From Haloplanus sp. (GTDB taxonomy: Archaea > Halobacteriota > Halobacteria > Halobacteriales > Haloferacaceae): 64,000 nt of DNA. Under the pieces are notes generated by a model. That model had not been told where the DNA came from, ran no database searches, and was given only the letters and a program-made list of their open reading frames with translations. The position numbers were made by a program, and so were the translations under genes. Each line of letters begins with the position of its first letter. Position 1 is the stretch's first letter. The stretch spans positions 3,574 to 67,573 of the forward strand of contig JBDGTP010000034.1 in NCBI GenBank assembly GCA_042216725.1, written 5' to 3'. Shown here one piece after another: positions 21,629 through 30,749 of this stretch.

Positions 21629-22402
21629 ATGGTCGAGGCGTTCGCCGTGGCGAGCGGCAAAGGGGGGACGGGCAAGACGACGAGCACCCTTGCACTCGGG
21701 ATGGCGCTCGCCGACCGCTACGACGTGACGGTGGTCGACGCCGATACGGGGATGGCGAACCTCCTCTTTCACACCGGCCTCGACGACGCGGCGGTGACGC
21801 TCCACGACCTGCTGGTCGAGGAGGCGGACGTGGCCCTAACCGACGCCGTCTACGAGCGGTTCGGCATGAAGGTCGTTCCCTGCGGGACGAGTCTGGCGGC
21901 GTTTCGCGCGGCCGACCCCGAACGGCTTCGGGACGTAGTGGCGGAACTGGCCACCGACACCGACGTGCTACTGCTGGATTCGCCGGCCGCGCTGGGATCG
22001 AAGAGCGCCGTCCTGCCGGTCGTCCTCGCCGACCGGACGGTGATCGTGCTCCAGCCGACGATTCCCGCGCTCTCGGACGGCCTCAAGGTACAGGAGTACG
22101 CCCGCTCGTACGGCACGGAGACGGCGGGAACGCTGTTCAACCGCGTCCGTGACGACGAGGGGATCGAACGGGTCGCCGAGCAGGCCGACCGCTACTTCGG
22201 CGGCGAGACGCTGGGGGTGATCCCCGAGAGCGACGCCGCCCGGGCGGCCCGGCAGGCGGGCGAACCCTTGCTGGCACACGCCCCGGACGCGCCCGCGTCG
22301 CAGGCGTTCCGCGAGGCGGCGAGCCGACTCGACGTGCGCGACGGAGCGAGCGACGCCGTGGCCGACCGCTTCCGAAGCGCAGTCGTCCCCGACGAAGTAT
22401 GA
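21629..22402 (+). CDS. minD: MinD/ParA family ATPase (MinD2-like by synteny)
   Basis: Deviant Walker A SGKGGTGKTT, VDADTGMANL, LLDSP. Confidence 0.9.
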   Translation: MVEAFAVASGKGGTGKTTSTLALGMALADRYDVTVVDADTGMANLLFHTGLDDAAVTLHDLLVEEADVALTDAVYERFGMKVVPCGTSLAAFRAADPERLRDVVAELATDTDVLLLDSPAALGSKSAVLPVVLADRTVIVLQPTIPALSDGLKVQEYARSYGTETAGTLFNRVRDDEGIERVAEQADRYFGGETLGVIPESDAARAARQAGEPLLAHAPDAPASQAFREAASRLDVRDGASDAVADRFRSAVVPDEV

Positions 22403-22938
22403 GGATCCCGCGCGGCGACCTGATCCGCTCGCGCGTCGTCGACGATCCGGGGGCGACGCTCGAAACGGCACTGGAGCGACGGCTCACGGGCTACGCCGTG
22501 TTCGAACCGCAGGACGCCGTCCTTCTCGGCGACGAGACTCGCGGCGTCATCACGTTCGAGGGGGGCGTGCCGGTGCTCGCGTACTGCACCGACACCGACC
22601 GGGGCGGAGCCGACGCCCTCGCCGACGTGGCGGGGCCGGGGCCGTACAGCGTCGACCTGTTCGAACTCGACCGGTCGGCGTTGGCCGAGGCCCACGAGGC
22701 CGACGACCTTCGGATCTCTCCCGCCCTGCCGGCGGAACGCCTCACCGACGACCGCGACCTGGTGACGCGCACCCGCGAAGCGGCGCCCGACGACCGCCTC
22801 GGCGGCGACGGCACCGCTCCCGTCGAATCGTTCCTGGCCGACGAGGCACAGATCGAGGCCATCCGCGAACAGGCCCGCGAGGAGGCCCGCGCCCGCGCCG
22901 AGGAGTGGGGACTGACCGATGCCCTCGACGACGGATGA
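22399..22938 (+). CDS. Conserved hypothetical protein coupled to minD
   Basis: ATGA overlap with the minD stop; acidic composition. Confidence 0.8.
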   Translation: MRIPRGDLIRSRVVDDPGATLETALERRLTGYAVFEPQDAVLLGDETRGVITFEGGVPVLAYCTDTDRGGADALADVAGPGPYSVDLFELDRSALAEAHEADDLRISPALPAERLTDDRDLVTRTREAAPDDRLGGDGTAPVESFLADEAQIEAIREQAREEARARAEEWGLTDALDDG

Positions 22939-23047
22939 GACCTGCTATCAGATCACTGTCGTGATCGGGCGCAGAGCGTGTGACAGGCGTGACACACATC
23001 TTTATTATCCGCTGACGTAAAGACACGATAGCGACAGCTGTATCACC

Positions 23048-23368
23048 ATGCAAGAGAAGTCTCATACCGATCTTGACGGGGGGACGGCGCGATACGACCC
23101 GGAGCGGGACGCGTACGTCGCCGACCACCGGGAGACCAGCGACCGGGAACTGAGCGTCACCGTCGTCCATGCGGTTCTGGAAGCGACGGGGAAAGAACCG
23201 ACCGACGTGAACCTCAACGCCGTGGTTCAGCCGGATGCGCTGAATCGGATCTTCGCACCCACACACGACGGCACGCCCCGAAACGGCGGGACGCTGACGT
23301 TCGACTTCGCGGGCTGTCGGGTGACAGTCGACGGCGACGGCGAAATCGTGGTGGAGCCAAACCCGTAG
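23048..23368 (+). CDS. HalOD1 output domain protein
   Basis: LSVTVVHAV...LNAVVQPDALNRIF...LTFDFAGCRVTV pattern. Confidence 0.82.
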   Translation: MQEKSHTDLDGGTARYDPERDAYVADHRETSDRELSVTVVHAVLEATGKEPTDVNLNAVVQPDALNRIFAPTHDGTPRNGGTLTFDFAGCRVTVDGDGEIVVEPNP

Positions 23369-24307
23369 TCAGTCGTCGTCGGACGCCCGTTCCAGATACC
23401 GTTCGAGTCGGTTGGCGTCGCGAGCGGCGTCCGACAGACACACCCGTTCGGCCGTGCGGTCGTACGTCACGACGCCCGCGTCCGCCAGTCGCGGGACGTG
23501 AACGGACGCGAGCGCGGTGTAGGCCCGGGTACACTCGTCCTCGGTCGGATCGTCGGTGCCGTTCTCCCACCGCGCTAGCTGTGCCGCCAGGCGTTCGAGG
23601 CCGAGTTCCGTCTCCTCGAATAGCGACCGGAGCACGAACCGACGCCGCGGATTCCCGAGCAGGTCGTGGATCGTGTCGGCGTCGAACGGGGTCGGCGACG
23701 CCGAGGCGGACACGCCGTCGACGATGTCGTCGAACAGGGTGCGGAGCGTGTTGATCGTCCGGTCGTCGGTCGTCGGATCGAGACGGACGACCAGCGTGGC
23801 GTCCAACTGATCGGCGCTCTGTACCAGCAGGTGGAGGAACTGAAACACCGACTCCAGGCCGTTCGCGTCGATAAACGGTTCGAGCGCGTCGACGTACACG
23901 AGCGTCTCGCGGTCGCTGTCGACCCAGTCGTCGAGATAGAGCGTGACGGCGGTGCCGAGTCGCTGGAGGTTCCCCGGATCGGACATCGCAGTCAGCGTGA
24001 TGTCGCTCCCCGGGAGCGCCTGCCGCGACGGCCTGTCGGCCGTCTCGGCCGCCGCCGTGGCCGACCGGTCGAACTCGGCGAACGTGACGAGACCGAACGT
24101 GACCGGGAGATGGCCAATGCTGGCGCGCCAGTCGCTCACGACATCCCGTACCGACCTGGACGCCGAAACCACGAGAACGTCCGTCTCGTCTGGGGCAACG
24201 TCGAGACAGGGGGCCAATGGAGTCGCGGCGTCCGTCAGCAGTAACGTCGCGACTGGCTGCCGGGCGGCGTCTTCCTCGCTCGACGTGCCGCTATTTCCCC
24301 CCCCCAT
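23369..24307 (-). CDS. Degenerate RecA/KaiC-like domain fused to C-terminal winged HTH
   Basis: DPGNLQRLG, VFQFLHLL, LRTLFD N-domain; LGNPRRRFVL...HVPRLADAGVVTYD wHTH. Confidence 0.75.
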   Translation of the reverse strand: MGGGNSGTSSEEDAARQPVATLLLTDAATPLAPCLDVAPDETDVLVVSASRSVRDVVSDWRASIGHLPVTFGLVTFAEFDRSATAAAETADRPSRQALPGSDITLTAMSDPGNLQRLGTAVTLYLDDWVDSDRETLVYVDALEPFIDANGLESVFQFLHLLVQSADQLDATLVVRLDPTTDDRTINTLRTLFDDIVDGVSASASPTPFDADTIHDLLGNPRRRFVLRSLFEETELGLERLAAQLARWENGTDDPTEDECTRAYTALASVHVPRLADAGVVTYDRTAERVCLSDAARDANRLERYLERASDDD

Positions 24308-24423
24308 GACTGGGTAACGATACGGTATTGTCACGACAAGAGTAATAAATGTGCGGTGAATGATTGTCCGGCGATGCCGTGGCAACATGTCGCAATCGAC
24401 GCCGGATCGTTCTCGAACCGACG

Positions 24424-24990
24424 ATGACCGACGACGAGACGAACCGCCCGCCGAAGGGGGTGCGCCGCTTCGTCACCGTCAGTGTCGAGCGAGCGCCCGT
24501 CCGATCCGTCTCCGTGGCGTTCGTGGTCGGACTGGTGCTGGTCGTCGGACTCGTCGGACTCGTCTCGCTGCTGTTCGGGATTCCACCCGAATCCGTGCCC
24601 GTCCTCGGTGGGGTCGTCGCGTTCCTCCTGGGGCTCCTAGAGTTCGCCGTGGGAGTCGCGATGGTGGTCGGCTACGTCATCGTTGCCGTCGTCGGCCTCG
24701 GATTGATCTACGGCGTCCGGACGGGGAGCGTCGACGACTGGTTTCCCGAGCCGACCCGATCCGCGCCGTCGTCGGACGACCGTCGCGGGCCACGGGCCGT
24801 GCTGTCGAACGTGCCGTGGAGCGAACTCAGCGACGCGGTCGGCCGACGGGTGACCCCGACGGCGGCGAACCGGGACGCCCGCGGAGGCGACGCGACGGGG
24901 GACGAGCAGCAGTCGGCGGGGGGCGACACGGAGGGCGACTCGCGGCCCGACGACCGGGAGCGGATGCCGTCGAACGACCCGCGACGGTGA
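24424..24990 (+). CDS. Hypothetical membrane protein
   Basis: Two to three hydrophobic helices, acidic tail. Confidence 0.65.
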   Translation: MTDDETNRPPKGVRRFVTVSVERAPVRSVSVAFVVGLVLVVGLVGLVSLLFGIPPESVPVLGGVVAFLLGLLEFAVGVAMVVGYVIVAVVGLGLIYGVRTGSVDDWFPEPTRSAPSSDDRRGPRAVLSNVPWSELSDAVGRRVTPTAANRDARGGDATGDEQQSAGGDTEGDSRPDDRERMPSNDPRR

Positions 24991-24994
24991 CGGA

Positions 24995-25249
24995 TCACCG
25001 CCCATCGGAGCGGTCGTCGAGCGCCGTCCCGTCGTGGGGACAGTAGTCGAAGCCGGGATCGCGGGTGCGGAACCCGCAGGCCGGACACTCCCTGACGGGG
25101 CGCTCGTCGTCCCCCCGTCGAAACAGGACGGGGACGAACGGGAGAAGCAAGAACGCAATCAGGGTGTCGAAGAAGTACCACGCGGCGATGCTGACGAGGA
25201 GGCTCACGACCAGACCGGCGACGGCCGTCGCGGTTCGCGATCCGACCAT
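24995..25249 (-). CDS. Small membrane protein with CPxCG zinc ribbon
   Basis: Two TM helices then CPACG...CPHDG. Confidence 0.8.
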   Translation of the reverse strand: MVGSRTATAVAGLVVSLLVSIAAWYFFDTLIAFLLLPFVPVLFRRGDDERPVRECPACGFRTRDPGFDYCPHDGTALDDRSDGR

Positions 25250-25310
25250 GGTCGTCGTAGGCGCGTCGCGGCCAAGGGCGTGGCGGTCCCGGCGATGCGA
25301 CTGTGACCGC

Positions 25311-25778
25311 CTAGGCAGTGACGAGATCACGGGCGGTGTCGTCCTCGCCGGGGGGTTCGTCGAGTACGTCGATCCGGGACACCCACTTCACTCGCTCCCA
25401 ACAGTCGGCATCGGCGAACACGAGACGGACGGGGCCGCCCCGTTCGGTCGGAATCGGCTCGCCGTCGAGTCGGACCGCGAGCAGACCCTCGCGGAGTCGC
25501 TCCAGATCGAATCCGCAGGCGAAGTCGGCATCCGCCGACCGAACCAGAGCGTGTGAGGCGTTCGACCGCGGCTTCGCCCGGTCGAGCACCATCCCGACAC
25601 GAACGCCACTCCACTGGCGCGTCGGCACTGCCTCCTCCCCGCAGGCCGTCGACGCCTCGACGGGAACCGACGCCAGCGCCGCTAGATCCGTCGCGCGCAC
25701 CGTTCGCGGATCGGTGACGGCGCCGGCAACGGCCACCGTCCAGCGATCCGTCTCGCTCGGCGGTTCCGAATGTGTCAT
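25311..25778 (-). CDS. Molybdopterin-dependent oxidoreductase (sulfite oxidase fold) domain protein
   Basis: QWSGV, LLAVRLDGEPI, GGPVRLV, VKWVSRI. Confidence 0.8.
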   Translation of the reverse strand: MTHSEPPSETDRWTVAVAGAVTDPRTVRATDLAALASVPVEASTACGEEAVPTRQWSGVRVGMVLDRAKPRSNASHALVRSADADFACGFDLERLREGLLAVRLDGEPIPTERGGPVRLVFADADCWERVKWVSRIDVLDEPPGEDDTARDLVTA

Positions 25779-25833
25779 CGACGCGACGCAGGCCACGCAC
25801 GTGCAAAGTCCTTCGCCCGATGGCGTTCGATCC

Positions 25834-25845
25834 CGAACATATTCG
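25834..25845. promoter_or_regulatory. CGAA-N4-TTCG palindrome (putative anaerobic regulator box)
   Basis: CGAACATATTCG in the divergent promoter between the Mo-oxidoreductase and DUF2249 genes. Confidence 0.55.
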
Positions 25846-25882
25846 CCCGAACACACTCCCCATTGCCGGTCGTCGAACGGCT

Positions 25883-26113
25883 ATGGTAGACCGACTCGAC
25901 CTCCGCGACGTCCCACCGCGAGAACGCCACTCGAAGATCCACGCCGCCTTCGACGACCTCGACGAGGGCGAAGAGCTGACCATCGTCAACGACCACGATC
26001 CGAAGCCCCTGTTCTACGAGTTCCGCGCCGAACGCGACGCCTTCGACGCCGACGCCTATCGCTCCGAGCGCCGCGGCCCGAACGAGTTCGTGGCGACACT
26101 CCCGAAGCACTGA
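25883..26113 (+). CDS. DUF2249 domain protein
   Basis: LDLRDVPPRERH, VNDHDPKPL. Confidence 0.88.
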   Translation: MVDRLDLRDVPPRERHSKIHAAFDDLDEGEELTIVNDHDPKPLFYEFRAERDAFDADAYRSERRGPNEFVATLPKH

Positions 26114-26193
26114 CTCCCGGGCCGCCCGCGCCGGTTCGGCGCGACGCCGAGGCGAAAGATACACCCTTCTCTAATTAGATGTAATTACCACCG

Positions 26194-26388
26194 ATGGGCG
26201 ATACGATCGTTCGATCCAGCCCCGCGGTGCCGAACGGCGTCGACTATCTGCTCGCAGCGATGGGACTCGCTCTCTTCGGCGGCATCGCCGTGGGCGTCGT
26301 CTCGGGCGTGCCGCTCCGCCTCGCGGCTGGGATCGGATCGCTGTTCGCGGCGTGTCTGCTCGCCGTCGCCCTGGTGCGGTTCCCCTAG
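26194..26388 (+). CDS. Small membrane protein
   Basis: Two hydrophobic helices, 64 aa. Confidence 0.65.
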   Translation: MGDTIVRSSPAVPNGVDYLLAAMGLALFGGIAVGVVSGVPLRLAAGIGSLFAACLLAVALVRFP

Positions 26389-28010
26389 CGCCAGCGCACC
26401 GCGACGAGGGCGAGCAACACGGCCACGCCCACACCAGCGAGCGGTACGTCCAGCGATCCCAGGAACGGAATCGGCACCGACACCGCGGCGTCGAGAGGGG
26501 CGGGCACCCCGACCGTCGGCACCGGGATCACGACACCAACGAACGGGATGTGGACACCCGACGGGGCGTCGTCGCCGCCCGCCGCCCCCGTGTCGCTCTC
26601 CTCGGCCGCACCGTCGTCGCCAGCATCGGACTCGGTCGGGGGGTTCGGCGCCGGGGCCGAGACAGTCGTGTTCACCAGGTGTTCGGCGCCGCTGGCGTCG
26701 CGAACGCGCACCCGAACTCGCGTCGTTCCCGTGACGCCGTCGAGTCTGGCGCCGAACGAGCCGTTCGATCCGAGTTCGACCGGGCGAATGTCGACGATCC
26801 GACCGGTCGACGGATCGACCGCTTCGACGCTGACGTTGGCGACCTGGCCGCCAGTGACGCTCCCGCCGACGGCGACGGTGCGGTCGCCGACGTAGCCGGT
26901 GCGGCGGTCGGAGACGGTGATGTTCGGCGCGAGGAACGTCGCGAGTGAGTAGTTCCAGGTTTGTTGGTTGCCCGCGGTGTCGTTCGCTCCGAGGACGACG
27001 TAGTCGCGGCCGGGCGGGTGATAGACGGTCGTATCCAGGGTGACGTTCCGGCGGTCGCGGTCGGGGGCAGTCGGCTGCGGAAAGACGAGCGGGTGGCGGT
27101 CACCGTCGTCGAGGGAGATGGTTTCGTCGGCCGTGCCGTTCTCCGACGCCAACCAGACGGACTGCACCTGGACGCGGTCGCTGGCCGTCCCCTCGACGTG
27201 CAGGCGCGTCGACGACACCCACTCGATGTCAGTGACGTTCACCGACGGGGGAGTGTCGTCCTTGACCGAAATCGTGAACTCGTGAGTGCGAAGGTGGCCG
27301 ACGGCGTCCTCCGCGCGAATCGTGATGTCGTTGGCGCCGAGGGCGAGATACAGCGACTGGTTGAACGACTCGCCCGGGCCGTCGATGAAGTGCTGTCTCC
27401 GGTTCCGGTGGTCGGCGTCGTCCTCCCCGACCAGCCGGTACTGGTAGTCGTTGTCGATACGGACGTACTCGACGGTCGAGAGATCGGTGAGCGTGCCGTT
27501 GATGGTGACGTTGGCCCGGTTGACGGTCAGTTTGGTCGCCGGCGGGTGTTCCGGCCCCTCGGGCATCGAATCGCTGGCGAACGGCGACGAATAGTTGATC
27601 ACCGGCGCCGTGTCGTCGCGAATGATCGTCGCGTCGTGCGTGGCGACGCCGCCGGCCTTGGCGACGATGCGCACCCGGTGGCGTCCCCGCTCCATGTCGA
27701 GGACGACGTTTCGCGCGACCGACTTCCGTCCGGGTTCGAAGACGTGTCGCGTTTCGCCGTCGATCCGCACCTCGATCAGCGATACCGGATCGTCCGCCGA
27801 GACGGTCACCCGCACCCAGGGATCGGTCGCCGTGTGGTACACGTCACCGGAGTCGAGCGGCGTACCGTCGACGTCGACGGCGATTGTCGGCGACGACCCG
27901 GCGTCGGGCGTGGGCGTCGCCGTGGACTGCGCTGCGACGGGCGCCCCCAACGGCAGGGCGCCGACGCCGACCAGCAGAATCACGAGTGCGACCGTCGGGC
28001 GTGTCTCCAT
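26385..28010 (-). CDS. Secreted, C-terminally anchored multi-Ig-like surface protein
   Basis: Sec signal peptide, repeated DxTxP beta-sandwich linkers, many NxT/S sequons, C-terminal TM followed by RWR. Confidence 0.78.
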   Translation of the reverse strand: METRPTVALVILLVGVGALPLGAPVAAQSTATPTPDAGSSPTIAVDVDGTPLDSGDVYHTATDPWVRVTVSADDPVSLIEVRIDGETRHVFEPGRKSVARNVVLDMERGRHRVRIVAKAGGVATHDATIIRDDTAPVINYSSPFASDSMPEGPEHPPATKLTVNRANVTINGTLTDLSTVEYVRIDNDYQYRLVGEDDADHRNRRQHFIDGPGESFNQSLYLALGANDITIRAEDAVGHLRTHEFTISVKDDTPPSVNVTDIEWVSSTRLHVEGTASDRVQVQSVWLASENGTADETISLDDGDRHPLVFPQPTAPDRDRRNVTLDTTVYHPPGRDYVVLGANDTAGNQQTWNYSLATFLAPNITVSDRRTGYVGDRTVAVGGSVTGGQVANVSVEAVDPSTGRIVDIRPVELGSNGSFGARLDGVTGTTRVRVRVRDASGAEHLVNTTVSAPAPNPPTESDAGDDGAAEESDTGAAGGDDAPSGVHIPFVGVVIPVPTVGVPAPLDAAVSVPIPFLGSLDVPLAGVGVAVLLALVAVRWR

Positions 28011-28097
28011 ACGAACCGGCCTCAGTCGGGGACGTGGGCGGGACGGCTTATCAGTGATCCGGCTCGATTATCAGCGAACCGAACTCGGCGGCTGGAC

Positions 28098-29135
28098 TCA
28101 CGACGGCCGCGTCGGCCGCGTGCCAAGTGTCACCTCGACGGTGCGTTCGTTCCCGTCGCGTAGGATCGTCAGCGAGACGGTGTCGCCAGGGCGTGTCTCC
28201 AAAGCGAGGAAGCTCCCCAGTGCCTCCGTCGTGTTCGTCGTCGTCCCGCCGATAGAGAGTATCACGTCGCCACCGACGGGCACCCGTTCGCCCCCGACGG
28301 TATCGGCGGTGTCGCTGGGCTGGAGGACGCCCTCGGCCGGGCCGTCCGGCGCGAGCGACACCACGAGCAAGCCGCGCGCTTCGTCGAGGTCGTTGGCCTC
28401 GGCGACTTCGGGCGTGACGGGAACGACGGCGACGCCGAGGAATGAGTGGTCGAACGACCCCGTCTCGATCAGTTCGGGGAGCACCCGCCGGGCGAGGGCG
28501 GCCGAGATGCCGAACGCGATGTTGTCCCCGCCGCCGGAGTTGATGACGGCGAGCACCCGGCTGTCGAGTGCCATCAGCGGCCCGCCGCTGTTACCCGGGT
28601 TGACCGCCGCGTCCGTCTGGATGGCGTCGGGGATGCTGTAGCCAGTCGGCGCTGGAATCGACCGGTTCGTGCCGCTGACGACCCCCGTCGTGACCGAGCC
28701 GTCGAGGTTGAAGGGGTTGCCGATGGCGACGACTTCCTGCCCGATGGTCGCTGGCTCCTCGGCGAGGGAGAGCGGCGACGCCGACTCCGGGAGACTCTCC
28801 GTCTCCACGACCGCGAGGTCGCTGTGCCGGTCGGTGCCGACCACCGCACCCTCGTGCCACTGTTCCCCGCTCGACCGAAGGTCGACCGCCGTCGCCCCGC
28901 CGACGACGTGGGCGTTCGTGACGACGTGAGTATCGTCGTAGACCCAGCCCGTGCCGCTTCCCTCGGACGTCTCGACGAGGAGTACGGAGGCGATGGTTTC
29001 GCGGTACACCTCGGTGTAGGGGCTGTTGGCCGCACCCTGTGCCGTCGGCGACGAGCCACACCCCGCGAGCCCCCCGGTCAGCGCGAGCGCGCTCGCCCCG
29101 AGCAGTCGCCGTCGGGTCGTGTGTCGGTCGTCCAT
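28098..29135 (-). CDS. HtrA-like S1C serine protease with PDZ domain (Tat lipoprotein)
   Basis: TRRRLL...LAGC; TNAHV, DLAVV, GNSGGP triad. Confidence 0.92.
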   Translation of the reverse strand: MDDRHTTRRRLLGASALALTGGLAGCGSSPTAQGAANSPYTEVYRETIASVLLVETSEGSGTGWVYDDTHVVTNAHVVGGATAVDLRSSGEQWHEGAVVGTDRHSDLAVVETESLPESASPLSLAEEPATIGQEVVAIGNPFNLDGSVTTGVVSGTNRSIPAPTGYSIPDAIQTDAAVNPGNSGGPLMALDSRVLAVINSGGGDNIAFGISAALARRVLPELIETGSFDHSFLGVAVVPVTPEVAEANDLDEARGLLVVSLAPDGPAEGVLQPSDTADTVGGERVPVGGDVILSIGGTTTNTTEALGSFLALETRPGDTVSLTILRDGNERTVEVTLGTRPTRPS

Positions 29136-29177
29136 TGTCGCATCTCGGGGGTACGGCGGGGAATAGATTGGGGTGAG

Positions 29178-29816
29178 TCAGGCGCCCTCGACGAGTCGCT
29201 CCAGTTGCGCGGGCGGCACGGCACCGCGCGCAGCGTGGCCGTCGTACACGAACGTCGGAACCCCGGTGATGCCCTGGGCCTGTGCCTCCGCGAACAGGTC
29301 GTCGATGCGGGCGAAGGGGTCGTCGTCCCGGAGCGCCCCGTGGACGGTGTCCGGGTCGAGCCCCGCCTCCGCGGCGCAGTCGACGAGCACGGCGGCGTCG
29401 CCGATGTCACGTCCGTCGACCCAGAGCGCCTCGAAAATGGCCCGGTCGAAAGCCAGCCACGTCTCGTATGACTCCGTCTCCTTGACGCGATAGGAGACGG
29501 CTTGCGCGGGCCGCGAGTCCACGTCGGTCGCGATTTCCTGGCTCATCTCGGCGTCGTACGCTTCCTGCAGGCGACGGACGTTCTCGCGGGCCTGCTCGTA
29601 GTACGTCTCGTCCTTGCCGTCGTCGGCCGTAGCGTCGATATCGCCGTCCGGGCCGCGCTTCTGTGCGCGGAGGTCGAACGGCCGCCAGTCGATTGCCAGC
29701 GGTTCCGTGCGTTCCTCCTGGTACTGCGCCAGGGACTGTCGCCCCAGATAACAGAAAGGGCAGACGTAGTCGGAAAAGACCGTGATCCGCTCGCGCGCCT
29801 GTGGCTCCTGTGTCAT
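29178..29816 (-). CDS. DsbA/FrnE family oxidoreductase
   Basis: FSDYVCPFCY, GITGVPTF. Confidence 0.9.
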   Translation of the reverse strand: MTQEPQARERITVFSDYVCPFCYLGRQSLAQYQEERTEPLAIDWRPFDLRAQKRGPDGDIDATADDGKDETYYEQARENVRRLQEAYDAEMSQEIATDVDSRPAQAVSYRVKETESYETWLAFDRAIFEALWVDGRDIGDAAVLVDCAAEAGLDPDTVHGALRDDDPFARIDDLFAEAQAQGITGVPTFVYDGHAARGAVPPAQLERLVEGA

Positions 29817-29859
29817 GGACGCCGTTAGCGATCCGAACGGGAAAAGACCGCGACTCCGG

Positions 29860-30435
29860 TCACTCGACGACGACCACGCCTTTCATCCCCAGCGTCCGGT
29901 GGGGCGTACAGGTGTACTTGTACGTCCCCGCCGACGAGAAGGTGTGTTCGAAGGTGAACCCCTTCTCGCTGGAGAGGTCGCTCTCGAAGTCGCCGCCCTC
30001 GGCGGCGACGTTGTGCTGGGCGCCCTTCCCGGTCCACTCCCAGACGACCGTCGTCCCCGTCGAAATCCGGAGCGCCGGGGGAGCGAAGGCGTACGCGCCG
30101 CCGTTGCCCTGCGCGCCGACGGACACGGTGACGCTGTCGCTCCCCGTCTCGTCGACGACGCCGTCGTAGTTGCCGACGTTCTCCATCCAGCCGTCGAAAC
30201 TGGGGGTACCGCCGTCGCCACTACCGCCGCCGTCACCGCTTTCGCCGCCGTCACCGCTTTCGCCGCCGTCACCGCTTTCGCCGCCGTCACTTCCACCGCC
30301 GTCGTCGCTTCCGCCTCCGCCGCCGTCGCTGCCGCCACCGCCGCCGCTACACCCGGCCAGAGCGGTGAGACCGCCGAGGGCGAGCGCGCTCGTCGTTACG
30401 ACCGACCGTCGCGTGTGCGTCTCGGGTTCGAACAT
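29860..30435 (-). CDS. Halocyanin (blue copper lipoprotein)
   Basis: Tat/lipobox TRRSVV...LAGC; HNV and CTPH...GM copper ligands. Confidence 0.92.
   Translation of the reverse strand: MFEPETHTRRSVVTTSALALGGLTALAGCSGGGGGSDGGGGGSDDGGGSDGGESGDGGESGDGGESGDGGGSGDGGTPSFDGWMENVGNYDGVVDETGSDSVTVSVGAQGNGGAYAFAPPALRISTGTTVVWEWTGKGAQHNVAAEGGDFESDLSSEKGFTFEHTFSSAGTYKYTCTPHRTLGMKGVVVVE
30224..30290 (-). repeat. In-frame 18-bp tandem repeat encoding the GGESGD linker
   Basis: GCCGCCGTCACCGCTTTC repeated about 3.5 times. Confidence 0.85.
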
Positions 30436-30478
30436 CTTCCCACATCGACCGTCGGTTCGGCCGGAGACGAGGGTTTGG

Positions 30479-30492
30479 CCGAACACGTTCGG
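30479..30492. promoter_or_regulatory. CCGAAC-N2-GTTCGG palindrome upstream of halocyanin
   Basis: CCGAACACGTTCGG about 45 bp upstream of the halocyanin ATG. Confidence 0.55.
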
Positions 30493-30493
30493 G

Positions 30494-30700
30494 TCACTCG
30501 TCGTCGAGCAGCCCCATGTCATCGGCCACCAGGTCGGCCAGGCGGTCGGCGATAGCGGGATCGACCTCCGCGATGGACTCGCCGTCGTGGAGCTGGTCGT
30601 TGTGTCGCTCGACCGCGTCGGCCACGTCCGGAAGGGGGACACGGGTTGTCGTCTCGCACGCCGAACAGACGATTGGCACCGTCGGGTCGTCGTCGGTCAT
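30494..30700 (-). CDS. Small CxxC/HxxxxH zinc-binding protein
   Basis: CSAC...HNDQLH; acidic 68 aa. Confidence 0.78.
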   Translation of the reverse strand: MTDDDPTVPIVCSACETTTRVPLPDVADAVERHNDQLHDGESIAEVDPAIADRLADLVADDMGLLDDE

Positions 30701-30749
30701 CGGTGCGGAGAGTCGCGCCCGGGAATAAAAAGGCCGGGGGAGATCCGGC

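Noticed and set aside
30224-30290. 18-bp repeat as a non-coding repeat element
   Set aside because: Encodes the Gly/Ser/acidic linker of halocyanin
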